Shown here piece after piece: positions 41,620-51,719 of a stretch of 64,000 nucleotides of DNA (its first letter is position 1; the number at the start of each line of letters is the position of its first letter). The DNA comes from Candidatus Latescibacterota bacterium. GTDB taxonomy: Bacteria; Latescibacterota; UBA2968; GCA-2709665. The DNA lies in contig CBDDDZ010000004.1 in NCBI GenBank assembly GCA_965226795.1, positions 672,001 to 736,000 on the forward strand, read 5' to 3'. The position numbers and the translations under genes were made by a program. The notes below the pieces were generated by a model that saw nothing but the letters and a program-made list of their open reading frames with translations, searched no databases and had not been told where the DNA came from.

Positions 41620-44478
41620 ATGTCCATACTTGAATCCTTCATCGCCATTGACCTCGAAACCACCGGTCTGGAACCCCCGGGTGCCGAAATCCTGGAAATC
41701 GGCGCGGTACGGGTGGAAAACGGTCGAATAGTCGACCGTTTCCAGACCTACGTCAAGCCCAGGGGCGTCATTCCGGACGAAACCGTCCGTCTCGCCGGGA
41801 TCACGGCAGCGACGGTCCGGGATGCGCCGCCGGTCGAAGCGGCTTTCGGTGATTTTCGGAGTTTCCTGGCCGATCTGCCCCTCGTTGCCCACCACGGGCG
41901 CTTTGAATCCCGTTTCCTTACCGCCTTTGCCGATTTCCCCATCGAGAATTCGGTGCACAGCGTCAGGGAACTCGCCCGCGCCGCCCTCCCAACCCTCCAC
42001 GATCACCGCGTGGAAACCCTTGCCGGACACTTCTCCGTTCAGTGCGACGCGCCGTACAAGGCCCTGGCCGACGCGGAAACCCTGGCGGGGATCTACCTCA
42101 ATCTGGTAGAACTGCTCCGGTCCGTGTCCCTTCACCTGAAACAGCAAATGCTTCGTTTGCTGCAGGGCTCCAGGTCAGGGTTGCTTCCCATCCTGGTCGA
42201 CCTGGCCAGCGAAGGCGCCAGGAAAGAGTTCCTGAGCTCGAAGCCGGGCGGCCGGCTACCTGACACCCCGCTATTCAATGCAGGAGGGGAGACGCCTCAG
42301 AATCAGGGCGACCCATCCGATCAGCCGCTGGACGCAAAGGCGGTCTGCGACATGTTGGAACCCGGCGGATGCTTTGATGAGGGGATCTCCGGGTACGAAT
42401 ATCGTCCCCAGCAGGTCGAAATGGCGCGGGCCGTGACCGAAGCCATCAATAATGGGCGGCACCTGGCCGTGGAAGCCGGCACTGGCGTGGGAAAATCGAT
42501 CGCCTACCTCGCGCCGTCCATACTCTATGCCGTACAGAACAACGTACGATTCATCGTTTCGACCAACACCAAAAACCTCCAGGAACAACTCTTTTTTAAA
42601 GACATGCCCGTGCTGGCGTCGATCCTGGGCGTGCCATTCCGCTACGCGCTGCTCAAGGGGCGAAACAATTATATATGTCTGAACAGGTGGGATTCCGCTC
42701 TGACCAATCCGGACGCCAGCTTCACGCCGAACGAACGCATCGGTGCGTTGCCCCTGGTGCTGTGGGCGGAAACAACCGGCACGGGGGACATCACCGAGAA
42801 TACAGGATTCGACCCGGGACGAAATGCAAGCCTGTGGGCAAAAATCTGCTCAGACTCGGGCTTCTGCCGCAGCCAGCGTTGCCGTAACAACGGACGGTGT
42901 TTTGCCAACAACATTCGCAGAACCGCCGCAAAAGCGCATCTGGTGGTGATCAATCATTCATTGCTCTTCTCCGATCTTGTCACCGAAAACGCCATCCTTG
43001 GCGAGTACTCCCACCTGGTTTTGGACGAAGCGCACAATCTCGAGAAAGTCGCCGCGCACTACCTGGGCAAGGAACTCAGTATATGGCGGGTCAAGAACAT
43101 CACCGATCAGCTTTGCGGCCCGGGTTCGTCGGACGCGGGTACTCTGCCTGCCCTGAGACGCTGGATCGCCGTTGCGGATCCGGAACCGGCCACCGTCAAA
43201 GCCTTTGACGCCGGCATCAAATCGGCGACGCTTGCGGCACAGGACCTCTGGCTCCGGGCACAGACATTTTTTGAGGACCTTTCCCAACAACTTCTGCAAC
43301 GGGTGGGCGGGCCGGGAAATGCGTACATAGAAAAGATCCGCTATCGACCTGGGGAGTCCACCTTCGATACCCTGGCCGAATCGCTGATGCCGTTTTCGCT
43401 ATCCCTGGACGCGCTCTGCAGCCGCCTTAAAGACCTCTCAGACTGGCTTCGAGACCTGCCCGGGCACACCTTTGTCAACCAGGATGAGATCAGCAACGAA
43501 CTGGTCGGTTGCATCGAGACCACCCAGACAATTGTGGACGACCTGAACGACCTCGTCGCCGCCAACGATGAGAACGCCGTCTACTGGCTGGAATTGCCGG
43601 GGACGGAAAAAAGCGCCGACACCCGGCTTTTTTCCGCTCCTCTGGATGTATCAGAGATGCTGAACGGTGGGCTCTACGAAGGTAAATCCTCCATCGTTTT
43701 TACGTCCGCCACGCTGGGTATCCGCGGCAGGCTTACCTATTTCCTCCGGCGCATGGGCCTCGAAACCATGCCCGAGACCCGCCTGCAGACCCTGTGCCTG
43801 GGCTCCCCGTTCGACTACCGGAAACAGGCTCTCGTATGCACGCCACGCTTTATGCCGTCGCCCAAATCCGCCGAATTTCAGCAAGCCGTGGACACGCTGC
43901 TGCACGAACTCATGCTCAAGACAAAACGGGGCATGCTGGCACTCTTCACCTCGTACGGTATGTTGAACCGCACGTACGACGCCATTAAGCCAGACCTGCG
44001 CTCTAACGGCGTTCTCGTGCTGGGACAGGGCATCGACGGATCCCGCACGAATATCACGAACCGGTTCAAACTCGAAGAAACCGCCATGCTCCTGGGCACC
44101 GACAGCTTCTGGGAAGGCATCGACGTTCCCGGTAACGCGCTCCAGGTTCTAGGCATTGTACGTCTGCCATTCGCCGTGCCCTCGGAACCGCTTGTAGCCG
44201 CTCATATCGAAGAACTGGAAAAACAGGGCAAAGATCCGTTCCTGAATTACTCGGTACCCGAAGCCATCCTGAAGTTCCGGCAGGGATTTGGAAGACTGAT
44301 CCGCAACAAGACCGACCGGGGCGCGGTCGTCGTGCTGGACAGCAGGGTACTCAGCACCCGATACGGTCGGGCCTTTCTGCAGGCCCTGCCGGTGGGCCAT
44401 CACACTTTCAATACCCGGGAAGAGATGATCGGCGCCATCGCCGCCTGGTTTGAAGACACAAACGGAACAAACCATTGA
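41620..44478 (+). CDS. dinG: DinG family helicase with N-terminal DEDDh-type exonuclease domain
   Basis: DLETTG; YEYRPQQ, EAGTGVGKS, LKGR-x-NY-x-C, DEAH, SATL, SPF, EGIDVPG and QG-x-GRLIR. Confidence 0.93.
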   Translation: MSILESFIAIDLETTGLEPPGAEILEIGAVRVENGRIVDRFQTYVKPRGVIPDETVRLAGITAATVRDAPPVEAAFGDFRSFLADLPLVAHHGRFESRFLTAFADFPIENSVHSVRELARAALPTLHDHRVETLAGHFSVQCDAPYKALADAETLAGIYLNLVELLRSVSLHLKQQMLRLLQGSRSGLLPILVDLASEGARKEFLSSKPGGRLPDTPLFNAGGETPQNQGDPSDQPLDAKAVCDMLEPGGCFDEGISGYEYRPQQVEMARAVTEAINNGRHLAVEAGTGVGKSIAYLAPSILYAVQNNVRFIVSTNTKNLQEQLFFKDMPVLASILGVPFRYALLKGRNNYICLNRWDSALTNPDASFTPNERIGALPLVLWAETTGTGDITENTGFDPGRNASLWAKICSDSGFCRSQRCRNNGRCFANNIRRTAAKAHLVVINHSLLFSDLVTENAILGEYSHLVLDEAHNLEKVAAHYLGKELSIWRVKNITDQLCGPGSSDAGTLPALRRWIAVADPEPATVKAFDAGIKSATLAAQDLWLRAQTFFEDLSQQLLQRVGGPGNAYIEKIRYRPGESTFDTLAESLMPFSLSLDALCSRLKDLSDWLRDLPGHTFVNQDEISNELVGCIETTQTIVDDLNDLVAANDENAVYWLELPGTEKSADTRLFSAPLDVSEMLNGGLYEGKSSIVFTSATLGIRGRLTYFLRRMGLETMPETRLQTLCLGSPFDYRKQALVCTPRFMPSPKSAEFQQAVDTLLHELMLKTKRGMLALFTSYGMLNRTYDAIKPDLRSNGVLVLGQGIDGSRTNITNRFKLEETAMLLGTDSFWEGIDVPGNALQVLGIVRLPFAVPSEPLVAAHIEELEKQGKDPFLNYSVPEAILKFRQGFGRLIRNKTDRGAVVVLDSRVLSTRYGRAFLQALPVGHHTFNTREEMIGAIAAWFEDTNGTNH

Positions 44479-45947
44479 ATCCCCAGGGCGTGACATCCAT
44501 CAAGGAGCCCCTGGCGAAACTGCTCGCGCAGGTGCCCCAGGTGAACCATCCGCTGATCGGCCAGGCGTATCACCTCGCCAACGCGAGCCACGAAGGACAA
44601 CACCGGGATGAGGGGCAGCCGTTTATTACCCATCCCATCGCCGTGGCGCTCATCCTGGCATCCGAACTCGGCTTCGCCAGAGATACGGATATGATTTCCG
44701 CCGCCCTGCTCCACGACGCCGCGGAAGATTCCGTGCTGACCCCGGACGAGGACATCCTGCCCACGTTCGGCGCCCGGGTCACCGAACTGGTGAAGGGCGT
44801 AACCAAAGTGGACGAACCCGGCACCCGCAGCCGGTCGGCCCGCCGGTCCGCGACGCTCCAAAGGCTGTTCACGGCCGCACGCCGCGACCCGCGGGTACTC
44901 ATTCTGAAACTCGCTGACCGGATGCATAACATGCGCAGCATCGCGGGCATCAAGGAAGCCAAACGCCAACATCGAATTGCACAGGAAACCATCGACGTCT
45001 ACGCGCCGCTTTCCCGCCTGCTGGGCATGGACCGCATACGCAGGGAACTGGAAGACCGCAGCTTCGGCTGCCTCCACCCCAGGGTCTACGACCAGCTTGT
45101 CCGCCTGATGCAAGATGGTCCGCCACAATCCTATCTCGACTTTCAGACCGGGATGCGCGATATTTTCGCGGACCACGGAATCCGCACACGCACCCGGCTC
45201 CAGACCAAGACGCTGAGGAGTATCTACCGAAAAACCACTGGCACCCGATCCGGCGGTACGCCCCTGCCTGTAGACAGCGTCCACGACCGATACACCGTCA
45301 TCGTTATCGCCTCCAATCGTTACGCGTGCTACAGGACCCTGGGAATTATCCATCACCGGTTCACCCCTCTGGTGGATGGAATAAAGGATTTTATCGCCTC
45401 GCCCAAACGGAACGGTTACCAGGCGCTTCAGACGACCGTCATCGACAAAGGGCAGCGCTTTGAAGTCGTCATTCAGACCCCTTCCATGTACAGAATGGGT
45501 GAACTGGGCGTGGCGACCCTTCGCGGCGGAGAATTTCAGGAAGAGCGGCGGACCCGATGGCTTCAGGAACTGGCCGAATGGCATGAACACGGCGGTTCGG
45601 GCGTTCAATTCCTGGATGAGGTCAAACGCATGCTCTTTGTCCATGAAATGGCCGTATTCACACCCAACGGCGATCCCATTATTCTGCCCGAAGGCGCCAC
45701 TCTCACGGACTTTGCGTTTGCCGTCCACACAGACCTCGGCCTCCACTGCATCGGCGGGCGCATCAACGGCAAACCCGCATCGCGTTTTTCGGTTCTGAAC
45801 TGGGGCGACACGATCGAAATAGAAACCGCGCCCCACCAGCAACTTAAACGCAACTGGCTGCGTTATGTAAAGACCTACCGCGCCCGCCGCCTCATCCGGC
45901 GGCACATCACTCGCGCGGAATCGTCCGGCGAACAGATTATCGAGTAA
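44475..45947 (+). CDS. RelA/SpoT homologue: intact HD hydrolase, degenerate synthetase, TGS domain, no ZFD/ACT
   Basis: H-x-GQ-x-R...HP, LHDAAED and KLADRMHN intact; synthetase motifs altered; TGS (FTP-x-G...DFAFAVHT). Confidence 0.85.
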   Translation: MNPQGVTSIKEPLAKLLAQVPQVNHPLIGQAYHLANASHEGQHRDEGQPFITHPIAVALILASELGFARDTDMISAALLHDAAEDSVLTPDEDILPTFGARVTELVKGVTKVDEPGTRSRSARRSATLQRLFTAARRDPRVLILKLADRMHNMRSIAGIKEAKRQHRIAQETIDVYAPLSRLLGMDRIRRELEDRSFGCLHPRVYDQLVRLMQDGPPQSYLDFQTGMRDIFADHGIRTRTRLQTKTLRSIYRKTTGTRSGGTPLPVDSVHDRYTVIVIASNRYACYRTLGIIHHRFTPLVDGIKDFIASPKRNGYQALQTTVIDKGQRFEVVIQTPSMYRMGELGVATLRGGEFQEERRTRWLQELAEWHEHGGSGVQFLDEVKRMLFVHEMAVFTPNGDPIILPEGATLTDFAFAVHTDLGLHCIGGRINGKPASRFSVLNWGDTIEIETAPHQQLKRNWLRYVKTYRARRLIRRHITRAESSGEQIIE

Positions 45948-46048
45948 CCGGGAATCCACGTGCGAATCGCCGATGTCACACCCGGGTCGGTGTTTTCTTT
46001 CGACAATCCATCATTTGCATTTTCCGTAAATCACTGAGGAGTCAAGGT

Positions 46049-46390
46049 TTGAAATCCCACTTTTCCCTCTTAGCTGTCTTCCTGTTCCTCGTAGCCTGTG
46101 GCCAGGACGCCGGACGCGTACAGGCTGAAATCGCGGCGCAGGAAAAGAAGATCGTCCACGCAAAGACAGTTTTTGCACTCGAACAAAAGCGCCAGGTAGA
46201 GTTGCAGGACAGCCTCGAAATCAATATCCGGCAGAATATCGCCCTGAATATGGACACAACCGCTGCCATGTCGATCGAAAAAGACCGCCTGAAACTCCAG
46301 GAAACAATTGTCGAAACATCGAAACGCAACCTCGACAGCCAGGAGGAATTTCAGGCCCTCCTGAAAAAGCGCCTTCAAGCCCTCAGATAA
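46049..46390 (+). CDS. putative coiled-coil lipoprotein
   Basis: lipobox LVAC after a hydrophobic signal; GAGGAG SD. Confidence 0.7.
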   Translation: MKSHFSLLAVFLFLVACGQDAGRVQAEIAAQEKKIVHAKTVFALEQKRQVELQDSLEINIRQNIALNMDTTAAMSIEKDRLKLQETIVETSKRNLDSQEEFQALLKKRLQALR

Positions 46391-46791
46391 CCCCTGTCAG
46401 CCCCCGGATCGATCAATCCGCTGCACAGGAGTATGGTCCCGCTCGGCGGAAAAGCCCGATCTGCCGTTCCCATGCCGCTGCGGAGCCATACGATCCGAAG
46501 ACGCTGACCGGGAGGCAACGCGACTGGCTTAAACAGATCAAGAGATACGCCCTTAGGGGAACCGAACCGGCATTGACTGCTGGCGGTACAAGCCCCACTT
46601 TCTTGTATTATAGTCACCCTGGACAATGCGAGCATTAAATGGGTCCGGGGCTACCACGCACTAATGTTCGACAACCCGCCTTTTGAATTTTTCCGCGTCC
46701 GGGCGCAGTTTCCGGCCCTTCATGCGATGCGCGGAAGCGGGGCCGCCCGGTCCGACAGTGCGGCCTCACGCGCCACTGGCAGGAGATCCCG

Positions 46792-48357
46792 ATGAACGAT
46801 GACTCAGCATTGATCGCACACTGGAAGTTGAACGGCGACTGCCGTGATCGTGCAGGCGTCAACCACGGAGAGAATCACGGCGTAGCCTTTTCCACTGACG
46901 GCGCCGGATTCGACGGTCGCGGCGCCCACGTCCTGGTGCCCTCCACCCGCTCGCTCAACTTCGGCACCGATGATTTCTCCATTTCCGTCCACGTTCATAC
47001 CGACGAAATCCTGGACGACGTGCCCGGAGACATTCTCAGCAAATACGACCCCGCCACCCGCACCGGCTTTAACTTTGGACTGGCGAACAGCGCGGGCGTC
47101 ACAGCAGCCCAATCCAACTACCGCCACCTCCATTTCGGTATCGACAGCGGCAGTACGTGTGAGTGGATGGACTGCGGTCGCCCCGGTAACAACCTGCGCG
47201 TCTACTCTCTGTGCGTTTACGATGGCGATCTCTACGCGGGTACGTTCGAAACCGGCGCGGACGAGTCGGGCGGCGTCTACCGGTACGACGGAGACGCCGG
47301 ATGGATCGACTGCGGGCACCCGGACAGGTGCAATACCATGGCATCGCTCTGTGTTTTCAGCGGAACTTTATACGCGGGATCCTCCCGCTACAAGGCCGGC
47401 GGTTCCGCCCTTCCCGAATCCGAAAACCAGAACCCGGGCGGCAACATGTTCAGGTACGAAGGCGGTTCCGACTGGACACCCATCGGCCACCTGGAAGGCG
47501 CGGATTCCTGTGCCGGAATGGCCGTCTACAGGGGCCGCCTCTACGCAATCCCCCTCTACAGCCAGGGCGTTTTCCGCTACGGCGGCGGTGACGTCTGGAG
47601 TCACTGCGGCACCCCGGGGCGACGCATGATGTCCCTGGGGGTATTCAACGGCCATCTGTACGGCGCAGGAAACGAAGGAGATGCAGACGGCGGCGTGTTC
47701 CGCTACGACGGCGGAACCGGGTGGGCGCACGCCGGCGGCCAGGAGGGCGTGAACCAGGTCTATTCGTTTGCCGCCCACAACGGCAGACTCCACGTGGGCA
47801 CCTGGCCGGAGGGCAAGGTCTTCCGGGACGACGGCGACGACACATGGACGTGCGCCGGACGCCTGGGCGAGGAACTGGAAGTCATGGCGATGGCCGTCTA
47901 CAACGGCAAACTCTACGCCGGTACCCTGCCTCTTGGCCAGGTCTACCGGTACGACGGGGGTGACACCTGGACCCTCACGGGCCAACTCGACACAACCCCG
48001 GACGCGAAATACCGCCGCGTCTGGTCCATGGCCGTTTACCGGGGGAAACTCTTTGGCGGCACGTTGCCATCCGGCCACGTCTACGCAATGGAGGCCGGCG
48101 CGAACGTGAGCCACGACCGCGAACTCGCGGCCGGATGGCGGCATCTCGTGGCGGTCCGCCAACGCAACCGGCTCCTTCTCTACGTCGACGGCAAACATGT
48201 TTCCACGTCGTCGACCTTCGATCCCTCGGTATTCGACCTCACGAACGACATGCCCCTCAGGATCGGCGCCGGTGGCGCTGACACCTTCAACGGGCGGCTC
48301 AGGGATCTTCGTCTCTATGGCCGCGCCCTCACCGGGGCGGAAATCGCGAATCGGTAA
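46792..48357 (+). CDS. LamG-like jellyroll protein with inserted beta-propeller repeats
   Basis: LamG halves at N- and C-termini; repeated (Y/F)RYDG-x-x-x-W...G-x-LYAG blades between them. Confidence 0.75.
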   Translation: MNDDSALIAHWKLNGDCRDRAGVNHGENHGVAFSTDGAGFDGRGAHVLVPSTRSLNFGTDDFSISVHVHTDEILDDVPGDILSKYDPATRTGFNFGLANSAGVTAAQSNYRHLHFGIDSGSTCEWMDCGRPGNNLRVYSLCVYDGDLYAGTFETGADESGGVYRYDGDAGWIDCGHPDRCNTMASLCVFSGTLYAGSSRYKAGGSALPESENQNPGGNMFRYEGGSDWTPIGHLEGADSCAGMAVYRGRLYAIPLYSQGVFRYGGGDVWSHCGTPGRRMMSLGVFNGHLYGAGNEGDADGGVFRYDGGTGWAHAGGQEGVNQVYSFAAHNGRLHVGTWPEGKVFRDDGDDTWTCAGRLGEELEVMAMAVYNGKLYAGTLPLGQVYRYDGGDTWTLTGQLDTTPDAKYRRVWSMAVYRGKLFGGTLPSGHVYAMEAGANVSHDRELAAGWRHLVAVRQRNRLLLYVDGKHVSTSSTFDPSVFDLTNDMPLRIGAGGADTFNGRLRDLRLYGRALTGAEIANR

Positions 48358-48426
48358 AATCCGCGGGCCGTCCCGCCGCAGGGACAGGAGCGGAACCCGG
48401 ATACCAACACCTATTGGAGGACCGAG

Positions 48427-49752
48427 ATGTTAAAAGCAGGCGCATCCAGGGTCAACATTACCCCGTTTCTGGGCGGGCCGATGGCGGGTTACTCGGCGCG
48501 CAACCGGGGCAGCGAGAGTATCCACGACGAACTCCATGCCAAGGCGCTGGTGCTGGATGACGGCAGTACCGGCGTCGCGCTGGTTACCACCGACCTCATT
48601 GGCATAGATCGGGAGTTCGCGGAGAACGTCCGCGGCCTTGTCGAAGAGCGGGTCGGACTTCCGCCGGACCGGGTCTGGATGTGCGGGTCCCACACCCATT
48701 TCGGACCGGCCGTAAGCACAAGCCGGACGAACGACGGTAACGTCGATCCCTTTGACCGGGCCTACGGGGACGTCCTGGCGGCAAAGCTGGCCACCGCCGT
48801 ACAGTTGGCCCATAGCCGGTTGTGCCCTGCCCGCCTGGGGGCCGGCGCCACCCGCGCCGAAGGCATCAGCTACAACCGCCGGCTCATTCGCGACGACGGC
48901 AAGGTGGAAATGAGCCTCACGCTGCCGCTACCATATGAGGGCCTCAAGTTCGGTCCCGTGGACCCGGAAGTGGGCCTCCTCAAAATAGAAGGCGAAGACG
49001 ACGGCGACACCATCGCCTCGCTCGTCAACTTTGCCTGTCATCCCGTCTCCAGCACCGACCGCATGTATGAATTCACCGCCGACTATCCGGGTTACGCCAT
49101 GGACCTTATCGAGTCCGCAGAAGGCGGCATCTGCCTGTTCGCCCTCGGCTGCGCGGGCAATATAGTTCCCATACAGCGGCAGGGCCGGTCCAAACGCCAG
49201 GTGGGTCTGTCGCTTGGCGGATGCGCATTGAACGCACTCCAGTGGATTCGGACCACCGGTCAGGTACGCATCCGCGCCGCCAGAAAGTCGATCGAATTGC
49301 CCCTGCGCAAATTTCCGCCAGCCGCGCGAATGGAGCGGCAAATTGCAGACGCGGAGGCCGCGCTGAACAGTGCGATGAAAAGGAAAGCGCCGTCACGAGA
49401 AATAACCGAATGCCGGGAAGCACTGGGTCTTGCCAGAAGTCTACCCCGCTGGTCGGAACGTTTCGGCGGAAGGAAGACCCGTTCCACGGAAATCCAGGTC
49501 TTCTGGATCGGCGACGTCCCGATTATCGGGCTGCCGGGAGAAGTCTTTGTCGAACTCGGGCTCCGGATCAAGAAAGCCCTGGATGCCTACCCGGTTCTGG
49601 TTGTAAGTCTCAGCAACGACAGTGCGGGGTACATTCCGGTCCGCCATGCATACCGGCAGGGCGGTTATGAATCCAATGTGTCGGCCTTCGCTCCCGGCTG
49701 CGGCGAACACCTCGTGAAAGAAGCCCTCGACCTGGCCGAATCGATACGATAG
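48427..49752 (+). CDS. neutral/alkaline ceramidase N-terminal-like hydrolase
   Basis: NITP, HD-x-L, SHTH-x-GP, NRR, NFACHP, ADYPG, PGEVF and GGYE. Confidence 0.75.
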   Translation: MLKAGASRVNITPFLGGPMAGYSARNRGSESIHDELHAKALVLDDGSTGVALVTTDLIGIDREFAENVRGLVEERVGLPPDRVWMCGSHTHFGPAVSTSRTNDGNVDPFDRAYGDVLAAKLATAVQLAHSRLCPARLGAGATRAEGISYNRRLIRDDGKVEMSLTLPLPYEGLKFGPVDPEVGLLKIEGEDDGDTIASLVNFACHPVSSTDRMYEFTADYPGYAMDLIESAEGGICLFALGCAGNIVPIQRQGRSKRQVGLSLGGCALNALQWIRTTGQVRIRAARKSIELPLRKFPPAARMERQIADAEAALNSAMKRKAPSREITECREALGLARSLPRWSERFGGRKTRSTEIQVFWIGDVPIIGLPGEVFVELGLRIKKALDAYPVLVVSLSNDSAGYIPVRHAYRQGGYESNVSAFAPGCGEHLVKEALDLAESIR

Positions 49753-49807
49753 GCCATCGATCCACCAACCCGCGCCTCCGGGCGCGGCCCATGACAAGGA
49801 AACGCTT

Positions 49808-51112
49808 ATGTCGATACTCACGTGTCTGTTTCTCTTCGTTGTGGTCCTTCACTTCACCAGAACACGTGCGGCTGCCGCCGAAATCACACTCGCAGCCGGC
49901 GTGGCCAGAACCGACATCACACCCGATCCCGCGATGGTGAACTGGGTGGATGGCAGGCCCTATGACGGCGTTCTGGACCAGCTCACTCTGCGAGGACTCG
50001 TTCTTTCGGACGGTAACACCGAGTTCGCTTTGATCTGCTGGGATCTCATCGACGCGACGGAGGAATGTGTCATCGACGTCCGCAGGGCGGTTCGCGGCGC
50101 AACAGGCATCCCGGAAACGCACATCCTCGTGGCCGCCTCGCACACCCACTCGTCGCCCCGGTCCCCATTTGCCGGATCCACGTTTCCCGGCCGCGGGAGC
50201 GAACGCCTGAGAGCCATTCTGGACGATCCCGTCTTCCAGGCCTGGGGCCGGCGTCTCCCCGGACGATGCGCGGATGTCCTGAAACGAGCGCAGGACCGCC
50301 GGCAACCCGTCACCTTGAACATCGGCCGCGCGAATGTCTCGGAATGGTTATTCAATCGGCGGCCCCTCGATCCCGATGGCAACGTTGTTACGATGTTTCA
50401 ACCCAGAGATCCGCACACGCTGCCTGACGGACTGCGTTTCGGCTCGCTGGATCCCACCCTGACCGTCCTCGCCCTCCAAAACGCAGACAACACCAACGTT
50501 GCGACTGTCTACAGCGCGCCATGCCACCCCGTCTCCATCTATCCCTACCACCGCGGCGTTTCGGCAGACTGGCCCGGGCCGGCCAATGAGCGGATTTCCG
50601 AAGTCCTGGGAGGCGAAACCTTTTTTTTGCAAGGCTGCGCCGGAGATATCGTCCCCGCCACCCGAGGGGAAGCGGCGCGCACGGAAATGGCCCGTTTCTT
50701 TGCGGAACGGGCCATCGCGGCCGCGCGGAGTTCCCACCGCCTGCCTTCGTCGCCTCTGAAGGTCACGACCGGGGTTGTCGGCCTGCCGCTCGTATCCGAA
50801 GCACGAAAGGAAGCCGGCGCCGACATCCGACCGGTCGAGCTTCAGGTGTTTGTTTGCGGACCCTTGGGCCTCGCCGTGCTGCCCGGCGAACCCCTCAACG
50901 GACTCGCGCGTGAGATTCAGGCGCGTTCACCCCTCCCGCACACGCTTGTTATCGGCTACGCCAATGGCCGCGGGGTGAGTTACGTTGGCCTTCCCGGAGA
51001 AAAGGCCAGAGGCGGATACGAAGCGGGCGCCGGCCCGGGTACCGAAGAAGCCGGCGACTTTCTCGTCCAGACCGCTATTCGGCTGCTTCGGGAAGCGGTT
51101 GAAGATATCTAA
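49808..51112 (+). CDS. exported neutral/alkaline ceramidase N-terminal-like hydrolase
   Basis: signal peptide; DITP, SHTHS, NRR, CHP, SADWPG, QGCAGD, PGEP and GGYE. Confidence 0.75.
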   Translation: MSILTCLFLFVVVLHFTRTRAAAAEITLAAGVARTDITPDPAMVNWVDGRPYDGVLDQLTLRGLVLSDGNTEFALICWDLIDATEECVIDVRRAVRGATGIPETHILVAASHTHSSPRSPFAGSTFPGRGSERLRAILDDPVFQAWGRRLPGRCADVLKRAQDRRQPVTLNIGRANVSEWLFNRRPLDPDGNVVTMFQPRDPHTLPDGLRFGSLDPTLTVLALQNADNTNVATVYSAPCHPVSIYPYHRGVSADWPGPANERISEVLGGETFFLQGCAGDIVPATRGEAARTEMARFFAERAIAAARSSHRLPSSPLKVTTGVVGLPLVSEARKEAGADIRPVELQVFVCGPLGLAVLPGEPLNGLAREIQARSPLPHTLVIGYANGRGVSYVGLPGEKARGGYEAGAGPGTEEAGDFLVQTAIRLLREAVEDI

Positions 51113-51231
51113 CGGGAACGGCGAATCCTGTTTAAATACGGCCCACGCGTTTTTGTTTGATCACCTGTCGGGGGACAACGGCTCCGTTGAACCTCGTTCC
51201 GGTGCGACGATAGCCTTTACCTCCCACCTCG

Positions 51232-51430
51232 TTTTTTTCCTCTTCGTCCTTTTTCTTGTGCGCTGGGAAAAAGGACCAAAGAAAAGCCCGCCGGAGACAT
51301 GATTTTCAAAAAAAGATGGGCCGTTCGCCGGGCCCATCGAATTCTTTTCCTTCTTTCTCTTTGTTTTTTATTATTTTACGCCCTTTTTCTTTCTCGCAAA
51401 GGAAAAGGGCCAAAAAGAACGGCGCCGCTC
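51232..51430 (+). repeat. two related T-rich/A-rich hairpin elements flanking a terminator-like hairpin
   Basis: gtcctttttc/gaaaaaggac (51246-51276) and gccctttttc/ggaaaagggc (51380-51410), each followed by caaa-r-a-r-aa; gatgggcc/ggcccatc hairpin between them. Confidence 0.55.
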
Positions 51431-51678
51431 GGCGCGGTGCCGGTTTTTCCGTGAATCACCTCAGTGGCACAAATGGAAATCGGGTGGCCTACAAGCCCTC
51501 CTTGAACTCCCGACCTACGGAGTTTTACGGAATGACACGGAAAAACCCCCATCCCACCTCCGGCCGGTCGTGAGTATTCGAGGCAAGGACCCCGGTCTGG
51601 ATTTGGGGTTATACCGGCTTTTTCTGAACACTGCTTTTCCCTTTGTGCCTTCGTGTGAGGCCGGCTTTTCTGGTTTTT

Positions 51679-51719
51679 CTCCCCCTCTCCCCTGGGAGAG
51701 GGGGCCGGGGGGAGAGGTC
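51679..51719 (+). repeat. REP-like element of the same family as 2952-2992
   Basis: ctccccctctcccctgggagagggggccggggggagaggtc; degenerate partial copy near 51804-51833. Confidence 0.7.

Noticed and set aside
46391..46790. Possible ncRNA or small ORF downstream of the lipoprotein gene (minus-strand TATAAT near 46607)
   Set aside because: No matching -35, no recognisable RNA family and no credible ORF.
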